DNA of 63,994 bases, the filler included, from Fonticula-like sp. SCN 57-25 (lineage: Eukaryota): assembly GCA_001724245.1 (NCBI GenBank). It is 4 parts of 4 records of this genome, joined end to end, with 100 filler letters (N's around TTAATTAATTAA, not from the genome) between each part and the next. Parts side by side here need not be neighbours in the genome. Positions count along the whole stretch, not along the records: positions 1 to 19,727 come from MEDX01000119.1; positions 19,828 to 36,414 come from MEDX01000120.1; 2 more parts are not named here. One strand, written 5' to 3'. Below, in pieces: positions 13,662 to 24,527 of the stretch. Made by a program: the position numbers and the translations under genes. Every line of letters begins with the position of its first letter. The first letter of the stretch is position 1. The notes under the pieces were generated by a model that saw only the letters and a program-made list of their open reading frames with translations, made no database searches and had not been told where the DNA came from.

Positions 13662-16141
13662 ATGGCGCTCGGAGTTGGAGCGCTGCCGAACCGGCTGGTT
13701 GACTACTTTGCTATCGTCGGTCTATCTGAACAGACACAGCTTCGCCCCGATGTTGGCGTTGACAGCGGCGCGATTGAGGCTGAGCTGCTGACGCGGTACC
13801 CTCCGGATCATGCCGACTTTACGCTCGACGAGCAGATGCTCCCGTGGCTCTGCTTTCCGTCGGACGTGCGCATCACCGAGGAGCAGCGCAGCCCGTACCA
13901 CCACATGTTTGTGCTCACCAAGGTGGACGGGATCTGCGTGTACGGCTTTTGCTACGTTCTCTCGGAGCCCATGGTCGGTGCCGTCGATGACGGCGATCTG
14001 TTGTGCCTGCGGCGGTACATTCCTAAAGCAATCTGCCTGCTGTCGCACTACCCGCTCTTTTCCCCGTTCCGCAAGCTGCTCGAGCACCTGCGCGCCTTTT
14101 CCAAGAGCCCTGAATCGCTCGATCTTCCCCTCGAGTGCATCATCTCGCAGATCATCCACGATCTGCCGTTGCCTTCCGCCGGCGGCCCCCCCACGCAGAT
14201 GGCGCTGTACGAGGAGGATCCCATCGTCTTCCAGCGCGCACCCAACACGCACATTGAGCCTCTTCGCATTCCTGTCCGCCGCCTCCTTTCCCTCCTCCAT
14301 CTCGACAACGTGCTGCTGGTACTTAACGCCCTCCTTCTTGAGCGCAAGATCATCCTGCTCGGCGATCGCCCGATGCAGCTCACCGAGGTCGCCGAAGTTT
14401 TCACGCAGCTTCTCTTCCCCCTTCACTGGCCGTACGTGTACATCCCCTGCCTGCCAAACCACCTCGAGGACGTGCTCGAGGCGCCGCTGCCGTTCATTGT
14501 CGGCACGTCGCCCGAAAACATCAACCTCGACGCGCTCCCAGAGGACGCGCTCATCGTCGACCTCAAGAACGACGAGGTGTTTGTGCCGCCGGGCGCGTTC
14601 CCGGAACTTCCCGCGCGGCCCGCCGCCGTCCTGCGCTCGTCGCTAAAGATTGCCATCACGGACGGCGACAAGCTCAATGACGCGGTCGTGGACAGGACGG
14701 TGCAGCAGGCCTTCCTTTCGTTTTTTGTGTCGGTGGTGCACGACTGTGAGGCGCACTGCCTCGTGAGGTCGAGCAGCACAGTGCTGTCGGCGGACGCGTC
14801 CGGAGACTCGCTCGACGGGGCAACCAACGTGCGTAGCTTTTTTTTTTGTGGTTTTGCAATGCTAACGTGTGCCTCTAGTTTGACATTGAAGGCTTCATTG
14901 ACGCTCAGCCCGCCGAAAGCCGCGCCTTTTACGCCGACTTTCTCTCTGGCCAAACCTTTTCCAACTACCTCGACGAAAAACTCCTCGGCCGCTCCTCCCT
15001 CACGCGCCTCTTTGACGACGAAATGCGCCGCGTCAAGGAAAACGGCACTGTCTTTTTCCCGCCGCCGCCGCCCAACACGCTTCCGCCGGTCGTCGTCCCG
15101 CGCGCCTCGCTCGACGACTTTCACATGCGCGCCGAGTACCGCGACCCGTCCCGCCTGCTCCGCTTCCCATTATTCGACGCCGAGCACGTGCCGCGCCTTA
15201 CGCGCGCGCGCCTCACGGTCAGCACCGAGTCGCCGATGCGCCGCCGCCGCATGAGCATATGCGCGTCGGCGCCCGGTCAGCCTGCGTCGGCGCTGCTCCT
15301 AAGTCCAGGCGGTTCGACGTCGGGCGCGCAGTCGAGCGAAGAGCAGCGGCGCGTGCTTCACGAGCGGCTCAAGATGACGTGCCGCGAGCTCATTATGCGC
15401 CGCGGCGAGTCGCGCGATTCGTCGCCCGTGCTCGCTGCGTCCGTCGCGGCGGCGCATAAAGAGGCGCGCGTCGTGGCGAGCGAGCGGATGGCCATGCGGC
15501 TCGCGAGCGCGCTTGAAGCCATTTTTGCGCACGAGTATTTGCCGCAGGAGCCGCGCACGACGCGCGCCGCCGCGCTCTGGCAGAGGATAGAGGCGTGCAA
15601 GGACAAGACTGTTGCCGCGCACGTGGAAATTATAAATTCGCTGACGGCGGTGCGGCCGGGCGTGTCACGTGGGCGCGCGTGGGTCCGTTTCGCGCTTGAA
15701 AAGAGGTCGCTGTACGCGACAGTAGAGGCCGTGCTGGATGAGTACAGGCAGTGGGCGCCGCTGTACAGCCCCGCGGCGTTTATGCGAGACGAAAACTGCC
15801 GCGTTGCGATGGCAACGGCGCTGCTTGGGCTGCTCGAGACCAACTTTGAGGGTATTTTTAGCGACATGTTTGGCGTCGGCGTCGACGGAAAGAGGTCGAG
15901 AAAGCAATCATCGACATTACTAATTAGCAAGCCGACCGATTTGAAGCAACAAATTGCGGCAAGGAGAGTGCCGTTCAGTGGAGGGGCGCTCTACAGGTCA
16001 ATGAATGGCCACGTGGCGCCGCCGCCGTTGTCATTGGCGATTGAGATTGTAAAGTCGAGCTCGATCACGCTGTTTTCCAACAAGGGGACGCCGGCGACGC
16101 CACGTGCAGAGACGCCCGTTATGAGAATGTCGAGCTTGTAA
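13662..16141 (+). CDS. DENN-domain + RUN-domain protein (Rab GEF, DENND5-like architecture)
   Basis: uDENN LVDYFAIVGL..LCFP; DENN PKAICLLSHYP, LLERKIIL, FPLHWPYVYIP; RUN LEAIFAH..GRAWVRFALEKRSL..LYSPAAFM; one intron ~14830-14878. Confidence 0.88.
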
Positions 16142-16413
16142 GCCGAAATTGTACAGATGTTGTCCTATTTTGTGGTTGTTTTGTGGTTTTTTATCGTGTT
16201 TTGTGGGTATATCCATATGTACAGGCTCAAATAGACTAATGTATTAATGTAATCTATACATGCGTTGCAAGGATAAATAATGATTGGAATCAACGCAAAA
16301 CACATTGAAAATAAATACGTTGCAAAAACATCGCTAATGCGCCGTTTAGTGGGCTTGCTACACACGCACCAACGACGCACAATACTATAACCAATTTTCC
16401 TTCTTCTTTCTTG

Positions 16414-19400
16414 TTACTCTGACGAAAGCGCGCTCAAGTGCGCAAATATCTCTGTAATGAGCGGCCTCTGCGCGTACTTTTCAATAAACACATTCGCGAC
16501 AATAACCGCCATTTCGTCGACAATAAGGTCGCCCGTCGGCTGCGGCACCTGCAAGAACCTCCCCTGGCACACGCTCTTGCCAATGTCGACCTCGGTCCAG
16601 GTGTCCCACGGCACCGTGCGCGTCAGCATTTCCCAGAGGACGACGCCGTACGAGTAGACGTCGCTCGCCATGTCCTCTTCGACGGACCAGGGGGTGAGGG
16701 GGTCGTGGATGTGGTCAAACATCTGGGGGGAGGCGTAGCGGAGCGAAGAGCCGGAAACAAGCGTCGTAGGGGTGTCATTTCTGAGGAGAAAAGCAGAAAA
16801 AAGCAGAAAAAATGGGCACAAAAATACACAAAAATGTACCAAATTTACATCAAAATTGCAAATTTAACATCAAAATGCACAAAAATGCACAAAAATCAAC
16901 CAAAATCAAAAATAAAAATTTAGCAACAATCCCAATCTTTTCTCGCGCGTACGGTGTGCGACACGTTGACAGGTCACATAGCACAGGCGTCGGGTACCGC
17001 TCCCCCGGCGCCGCCTCCTTTAGCAATATCTTTGTCGACTTTACATTCCTGTGGGCAATTCCCAGCTCGTGAATGGCGCGCAGCCCCGACGCAATCCCCG
17101 TGGCCAAGTGCAGCAGCATTTCCGGTCGAATAGGCGAGCTGGTCGTTTCGTGGACAAACATAAACAGGTCCGAGCGGTAAAAGCGCGTGAAAATGACGCG
17201 CGGCACCATTGAATAGGCCACAATTGCGACGACATTCGGGTGGAAGGAAAGCGACCAATAGAGGGAGACTTCAAGGCGGAAGCGCTCGTCGTTTTCGTCG
17301 TCGGTCAGCGTGGGCTTGCCAATGTACGACTTGGCGGCAAGTTGGTTCGTGCCGATGCGCTTAACAATCGTTTCATCGGAGATTTGGGCGCTGTAAACGG
17401 TGCGGCTGTGGCTCGACTGTGCGAAAAAAGTGAAAAATATGGTTAGAAAAAGTGCAAAAGGTGGTCAGAAAAGGGTTAAAAAGACCCAAAAAGGGGCCAA
17501 AAAAGGGCCAAAAACAAACAAAAACAAACAAAAAATGGCGTACGCGAACGTGCGCGCCTGCTTGAATGCACTTGTCATAGTCGACGCAGAGGAAGCCGGG
17601 GAGCGCCACTTCGAGCATTGTGTTGACGATGGTGTCGGCGGCGTTGCCGAGGTGCTCGCGTGACTCACTAAACTTGGAGCTGCCGCGCGTCTCGGCAAGC
17701 GACTTTGTGTACATCTGAATCGATTTCTGTGCAAAAATAGCGGGAAAAAGCACAAATCATGACAAAAGTGACCAAAATTGCAACAAATTTGCAGCAAAAC
17801 ACAACAAAATGACCAAAAACACACCAAAAAATATCATTGTTAGCGCACATAAAAACAAATGTCTCAACGTACGAGAGAGTTGAGACCGCCGTACTCTGCC
17901 ATGGCCGCCGTCTGCCTCTTGTGCCTCCTCCTAAACACGACCACAATCGCAATGGCAATAACAAGGAACACGACAACGACCGCCACGCTGACACCCGCAA
18001 TAATCCCCGACGCGAGCCCGAGCCCCGGCTCCTCCACAATACTCTCCTGCGTCGACTGCGTTGTGGCAATAATGCGCGCGCCGACCTGCTCGACACTTTC
18101 GCCCTTGCCCGCCAAGATGAGCACTTCGTACCGCCTTCCCGGCTCGAACGCGCTGATTGTAATGCTCGACGCCGGCGCCTCGACGCGCTTATCGAACGTG
18201 AACCCCGCGGGCGCCTCGCGCTTGGCCGCCATGTGGCGCCAGTACGCCTCATAGTACTCTGCGTGCGCCGACGCGACCCACGAGACGGTGAGCGACGACC
18301 CGCTGACGGCCTCGAGCTTGAGCCCGCTGACGGGCGAAATGTACGTCGCGACGGTGAGCGCGAGCGCGTTGCGCGTGCCGTAGCCGCGCTCGTCGCCGAC
18401 GCTGACGCGGAAAAGGTAGACTGTGTCGGGGAAGAGACCCGTGACGACGAGCTTGGGCTGCTTGAGGCCGACGCCTTCGCCGGAATTGGCAATGACAAAG
18501 GCGCTCGCGCTCATCGCTACTTCGACCATAAAGGTCGTGTTGGCAGTCATGTTCACCGCCGTCCAGGAAAGAGACACTTCGGAAGAGGTGCGCGAGTCGC
18601 ACACGAGGTTGGACAGCGTGCCGGCCTCGTCGACGGGTATTAGCGTGCAGGGGTTGCTGAACAGCGACTCCCACGTGCCGTTCGCGTAGCAAAGGCGCGA
18701 GGGCGGGCCGAGGGGGGAGGGCTCAAAGTCGGTCGGGCAGTTGCCGACGGACGTCTCGCCAGCGGCAGCGGAGGGGAAAAAGGTCATTCCGACCGTCTCG
18801 CTGGGGCAGTCATCATACTTTATGGTGCACGGGGAAGTGATCGTGGCGTTCCATGCGCCAGAGGCAAGGCATACGCGGCGCGGCGTGCCTGCATAACCGG
18901 CAATGCACTGCCCAACAGTCTCCTGGCCGGCGCCCGTCGCGGCCCAATTTGCGTTGTCGTCCAATACGGCCGGGCAAAGCACCGCCTCGCACGGGTCGAC
19001 AATGTCGCCCCAGTTGCCGCTCGCGTCACATGACCGCCGCGGCGAGCCGACAAAGCCAGCGGGGCACGCGCCTTCAACGGGGCCAGAAAGGGCGGGCGTC
19101 AGCGGCCAGTTCACGTGGCCGTCAACCACGGCGGGGCAGACGTTCTGTGCGCAGGGGTTGGCGATCGATTCCCATTCGCCGAGCGACGAGCACCGACGCG
19201 AGGGGCTGCCGGAAAAGCCTGCGTCGCACTTGCCAGCGGCAGAGCTGCCAGCAGCGGTAAGCGGCCACTTCACGTGGCCATCAACAAATGCCTGGCATGA
19301 TCGCGCGGTGCATGTGCCAGACGCAGCCGTCCATGTGCCATTAATAAGACAGTCGCGCACAGGGGTGCCGTCCGAGCCGGCGGGGCACGCGCCCTGAACA

Positions 19401-19727
19401 GAAAAAGTGCCGGCGGGCGTCAGAGGCCACGCGCCAGCGGCCCCGTCGAGCGCCGCACACGTGGTCCTGATGCACGGGTTGGTCACGGCAGAGTAGATAC
19501 CGCTTTCTGAGCAGTTGCGCAGCGGCGCGCCCTGCCATCCTGCGACGCACGTGCCGCGCACGCCATTCGTCATCGAGTTTTCCTCGGGCCACATGGCGTT
19601 GTCAAAGGTGCCATTTTGGCAGCGGATGCGCGCGCACTCGCCGCTTACAGCGCCCCATACACCACTCGAAAGGCACTCGCGCATCGGTGTGCTGCCGCCG
19701 CCATAGCCCGTCAAACATACGCCATTG
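16414..19727 (-). CDS. Single-pass receptor pseudokinase (>=6 HRM-like repeats, 2 FN3, TM, TKL-type kinase fold); 5' truncated at contig end
   Basis: Repeats C..WPLT.AG..G.C..G..G.P.R.C...G.W...PC; FN3 SLSWT/LFPDTVYLFRV; TM GIIAGVSVAVVVVFLVIAIAIVVVF; kinase HPNVV, IAHRNVKS, SDVYSYGVVLWEMLTRTVPW. Confidence 0.85.
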
Positions 19728-19827
19728 NNNNNNNNNNNNNNNNNNNNNNNNNNNNNNNNNNNNNNNNNNNNTTAATTAATTAANNNNNNNNNNNNNNNNN
19801 NNNNNNNNNNNNNNNNNNNNNNNNNNN
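19728..19827. other. Artificial contig linker (N44-TTAATTAATTAA-N44)
   Basis: 100-nt N run with a six-frame stop cassette; genes are cut on both sides. Confidence 0.97.
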
Positions 19828-20968
19828 CCGACGTCGACGGCGTCCGGGTAGAGAACGCGGAAAGTGTCGGCAAAGCCGTACTCGCGCAGGGCAATAATCT
19901 CGGTCGAGTTCTCCGAGTTGTTGTTAAAGTCGCCCGTGAGGACAAAGGGGAGACCGTCGCCGCGGCGGCTGTCCACAAAGTCGAGCAGCTGAGCGACGCT
20001 CTTCTCGCGCGACTCTTGCGACGAGTGGTCCATGTGCATGTTGAGGTAGTAGAAGAGCTCGCCGCTGGCGCGGTCGATGAAGATGCCCCACGTGCACACG
20101 CGCGGGATGCTGTTGCCGTACGAGGTGCAGCCGGGCTCGTAGGGCGAGTCGCAGTACCAGAAGGTGCCAGACTCAATGGGGTAGTAAAGGTCCGACTTGT
20201 ACATGATAGGGGAGTACTCGCCGGCCTCCATGCCGTCGTCGCGGCCGACGCCAATGTAAAAGTAGCCGCGGCTGTTTTCAACTGCAGGATGATGTCAGAA
20301 GGGAAAACAGCGGCATCGCGCGTGCGTACGCATATCCTCAAGCTGGAAGAGGTAGGCCTCCTGAAGGCCGATGAAGCCGGGCTCGTGATCCTCGATGACG
20401 GCGTAGACGAGATCAGTGCGGTAGGGCCAGCTGTTGTCGCCATCGTTGGCCATGCCTGAAAAGGGGGTGAGTAAAGAGAGGGGCACAAAGTGAGGCGCGC
20501 ACCGTTGCGAATGTTGAAAGACATAAAGGACGCCGAAACGGCGTTCTTGTCGGCGTTGGTGGCCACGCGGGCCGGCTTGGCCATCAGCTCGTCGATCATG
20601 ATGGACGACACGTTGGCCTGGAGGACAGTCCAGCTGCTCAGATCGCCGTTCCAGCGCAGAACAGCCTCGCAAAAGGCGCCAGTCACATCAGTGCGGTCGC
20701 CGGCCTCGACCCAGGCGAGCTCGCGGGCCTCGGCAGTAACGCGCGGGCGGCCCATGGCGGAGAGGAGCGGCGAAAGCGTGGCAGCCCACGTCAGCGACGC
20801 CGACTTGCCGGCGACCAGGGCATCGCCATTGAGGCGAAGGGTGAGGCCGCGCGCGGGAAGAACCTGCGAGAGGGGAGTCTCGTTCGCTCCGAAAGCGGGG
20901 GCAGACGCAGCCGAGGCAACGGCCACGGCGGCCAAGACGACCACCGCAACAAAGCGCGCAGACGCCAT
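19828..20968 (-). CDS. Secreted endonuclease/exonuclease/phosphatase (EEP) family protein, 3' truncated
   Basis: Signal peptide; SFMSFNIR, SWPYR, IGLQEA, GEYSPIMY, TFWY, PRVCTW, NMHMDH, LTGDFN, DTFR. Confidence 0.88.
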
Positions 20969-21261
20969 CTTGGATGCTGTCAATGATAAGAAGTGTCACG
21001 CGCGAAACACTCACAATCAAGGGGAAATCGACCAATCAGAACGCGATTCAGAGACACATGCAGAGATTTGTTCAGATATGCTGCTGTCTATCTAAGCGTG
21101 GACGCATACTGTAGTTGTTCAAATACTTTAAGCCCAATTCCAAAAAAGTATCCCTCGAATTTTAACCATGCAATAAGTGTATTGTGTATCTCAAAAAATG
21201 CATCAAACTGTCTATCACATCATCCCCACTCACAAAAATAAACTCTATATAAACGGGCAAT

Positions 21262-22968
21262 TCAATGCGATTTCTCGCTCTTATCCACCGAACATACGGC
21301 GAGCGGATGGTTGTTGAGCATGAGCAGGTGGCTGCTTGACAACGACCTGCTGCGCACGCACCCCCCCCTCGAGGGCGAAGTTGCGCACGATGACGACACT
21401 GGGCTCGACGACGACGAGCCCGTCCTGAACGGCACGGCGGCCGGGTCGACGGCCGTTGTAGCGGCGGCGGCGGCCGCGGCGGCGGCGGCAGACGGGCACG
21501 ACAACGCCTTAAAGATGCCGCCCGTGTGCGGCCGCCTCCTCACCCATGTGGACGCCTCGGGGATGGCGTCGGATGAGCGGGAGCGCAGACCGGCCAGGGG
21601 CGCGGATGCAAGGTGCGGGCGCAGCGACATCATACTGGCGTCAGTGTCGACCAAGCTGGCTTTGCTGGCGGCCGGCGCGGCCGGCGCGGTGGGCGCGGCG
21701 GGCGCGGCGTCGGCGTCGATGTCGGCGTCGTCAGTGTTGATGAGGCGCGTGGCTTGGGCGAGCGGCGCGCTCGGGTTCGAGTGGAGCGCCGGCTGCAGCT
21801 TGACGAGCAGCCCCATAAAACCGAGATTTGGGCAGATTTCGGGCCTTTTCAGCGACACATACTTGTACGCGCCCTCGACCGACATGCCAAACTTAAACAT
21901 GAGGTAGGCGATGACGACGGTGACGGAGCGGGAGCGGCCGGCGGCGCAGTGCACGAGAAGGCTGCCGCGGCCGCTGCTCAGCGCAGAGTCCATAAAGGCA
22001 AAGGTGTCGAGGAGAACAGTCAGGGCGCACTGCTGCGAAGGCGTGTCGCACAGCGCGAGACGGTAATAAATAAACTCGCTGTTGACGGCAGAGTCAAACA
22101 CGTTGGGGCACTCGGTGGTCACATTGACAATAAAATGAATGTTGGCGGCGCGCAGGCCCGCCAGGTCCGCCGCGAAGCGAATGTCGGCCAGGTAGAGGTC
22201 GTCGAGGATGCGCGACGGCGGGCAAAAGACGGGCGGCAGCAGAAAGGCCGGCATCGACGTCGGCAGCGCGGGGATCGGCGGCGGGAGCGACGATGGAGCA
22301 TTTAAACTGGACTCGCAATTGTTTGCCTTGTCCGACAGAAAGGGCGAGCCAAAGGCGTCCGTGGCGGGCTTTAGGCCATGCACGACGCGCGACGGGTACT
22401 GCTCAGCAAAGTTATTGAAGCCGCCGACGAGCCACCGGATCGAGCGCACGAGGCCCTCAGACTGCAGCTGGCGCGCGACGCTCGCGAGCAGTGGGCTGTC
22501 GGTCAGGTCAACGCTGCTAGTGTCAAACAAAATAATGTCGCGACCCGACCGCAGATCAAACTTGAGGCGATCGGCGCCGCACAAAGAGTCGGAAACGGTC
22601 CCGATCGTGAGAGGGGCGCGCTTTACGAGCGGCGGCGGGACGCTCACGTTGAGAGAAGCGTAAAGGTGCGACTTTTGGTAGCTCAGAAAGGAGCGCAGAT
22701 CAAGAAGCAGGATTTCGTCACCCAGCAATGGCAGCCGGGCGAACAAGGCGGCAAGCTCGGATGCCAAGAGCGGCTGAGGCAAGAGGGGCGGTGGCGTCAT
22801 GGAATGCGACGAATGAATCGAGCCCGTGCTCACGGTCGAAGACGTGCGTGAAAGCCAGGACGGCAGCGTCGCGCGCTCACCGGTTAATGAGTCGCATCCA
22901 CGAGCTGACGTATGCAGTACCCTCGAGGATGACGAGGAAGTCGACCCAGACGGAGCCTCATGAGACAT
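21262..22968 (-). CDS. MAP kinase phosphatase (rhodanese + dual-specificity phosphatase), intronless
   Basis: LLLDLRSFLSYQKSHL and WLVGGFNNF (rhodanese/CH2); VHCAAGRSRS; AYLM; RPEICPNLGFMGLL. Confidence 0.92.
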   Translation of the reverse strand: MSHEAPSGSTSSSSSRVLHTSARGCDSLTGERATLPSWLSRTSSTVSTGSIHSSHSMTPPPLLPQPLLASELAALFARLPLLGDEILLLDLRSFLSYQKSHLYASLNVSVPPPLVKRAPLTIGTVSDSLCGADRLKFDLRSGRDIILFDTSSVDLTDSPLLASVARQLQSEGLVRSIRWLVGGFNNFAEQYPSRVVHGLKPATDAFGSPFLSDKANNCESSLNAPSSLPPPIPALPTSMPAFLLPPVFCPPSRILDDLYLADIRFAADLAGLRAANIHFIVNVTTECPNVFDSAVNSEFIYYRLALCDTPSQQCALTVLLDTFAFMDSALSSGRGSLLVHCAAGRSRSVTVVIAYLMFKFGMSVEGAYKYVSLKRPEICPNLGFMGLLVKLQPALHSNPSAPLAQATRLINTDDADIDADAAPAAPTAPAAPAASKASLVDTDASMMSLRPHLASAPLAGLRSRSSDAIPEASTWVRRRPHTGGIFKALSCPSAAAAAAAAAATTAVDPAAVPFRTGSSSSSPVSSSCATSPSRGGCVRSRSLSSSHLLMLNNHPLAVCSVDKSEKSH

Positions 22969-23705
22969 TACCCAGCAAACCAGGCAAGGGCTACGCAGTC
23001 AAGGGTGTGGTGGCCTGTAGAAGTAGGCTCAAGGCAAAGAAGCAAGGAAAAAAGTGAAAAGTCTTCAAAGGACGATCCAACGCAGATGCCGGTTGGCTGA
23101 CGATCCACTCAACGAGTGACACATCGCGCCCAGCCCTATATGCTCGACCCCGATTTCAAAGCCCCGCAATGACGTCAACCTTAGGCTGACGTTATCACGT
23201 TTGCCCACGTGGGCGGTCTGTGATCTGGTCTGGACGTTGGCGGCAGGGTGAAACGAGTACGGATCGGGCATGGATGTCCGCATTTGGAAAAATCGAAAGC
23301 GAGAAATGGACAGCGAGGCACAGCAGAATGAAACTGTTTTCCGATTTACAGAGTAAAAGGAACAGAAGGTGTGGATGTACAAGGCCGAGAGCCTGTAATT
23401 CCTGTATACTTGCTGCGCGTTTGCGATATAGCGCAGGCCAGCAGGACAGGAAATGGAGTCAAAGGGATAGGGCAGGCATAGTCAAGTCTGTCACTACTAC
23501 ACCTGTACTACAAAGCACTTTTATTTCGTGAAATTGATACATCAATACGTATACGCCGTGCAATACCCTTTGCCAAGTCTCAATGCACCTCCTGCACGTT
23601 TTTGAGCCATTTCTCAAGCTCCGATTGGTGAAAAATCCAAATACTCCCGGATTATCGACCAATCAAGTTACCCTTTCATTCCTGCCCCTTTCAGCCGCGC
23701 AGAAG

Positions 23706-24304
23706 ATGGCCGGGCGCGAGAATTTGAAGCAGCGAAAGGGGAAGCGCACCCCATCGTCGCCGACGGGCGCCAACGAAGATGACCTCCCGTTGCCCCCCAA
23801 CTGGGAACGCGGCATGAAGGACGGCAAGCCCTACTATGTCGATCACACGACCAAGACGACCACCGTACGCCATGCACTCTCTTCCTCGGCACGCTTCAAG
23901 TTCGTGTCCCTAATGCTATAATAGTGGCAGCATCCCAGTCTTGCTGCGGTGAACCCGCTTCCCGCCGGATGGGAGCAGGCTCGCGATGCGAATGGCCAGG
24001 TATACTTTATCAACAACGTAAATCGCACGACGACCTTTGACGATCCCCGCTTCGCCAGCCCTTCGGCCGTGTCGCGCTCGTCAAATATGCCGTGCGTGCC
24101 GATACCTTACGATGCCGCAGCTAACGCATGGACAATAGGGCGCGGCAGCAGGGCAGCGACGCCTTGGTCAAGCTCATGTTGTTGCTGATCTTTATGGGTC
24201 TGCTGATCATCGCCTTCTGCTTCTTCATGTATGGCGATGAGCTCAATCGCTTCTTCCCCAAGCTCTGGCGTGTGTTTTGGCGGCAAGTTAAGGGCGGGAA
24301 ATAA
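23706..24304 (+). CDS. Small tandem-WW protein with C-terminal transmembrane anchor, 3 exons
   Basis: PLPPNWE..PYYVDHTTKTTT/WQHP; PLPAGWE..YFINNVNRTTTFDDPR; spliced TM LVKLMLLLIFMGLLIIAFCFFMY. Confidence 0.82.
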
Positions 24305-24527
24305 TCTGCATTGTTATTATTGCCAAATACTCGCATGATACATCCGAAATAAAAAAAGTGATATGTCATTTATGCCGGGGAATTTACAACCTTGAGCGGT
24401 GCCAATGAGCAACAAAATGCACCAATGAACAAAAAGAACCAAAAAGAACCACAAAAAGGAAACACTTATGCATGTCTATGCTTTGCTTGCGTGCAAATTA
24501 TGCGTTATGAATGCAAACCCGAGGCGA

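Noticed and set aside
10596-14900. Apparent frameshifts or pseudogenes (Cys-rich receptor, DDAH, DENN)
   Set aside because: The frame changes I traced are resolved by canonical short GT-AG introns; no recoding or alternative code is needed.
19772-19783. TTAATTAATTAA palindrome as a transposon target or regulatory site
   Set aside because: It is embedded in Ns and identical at all three joins, so it is a synthetic stop cassette.
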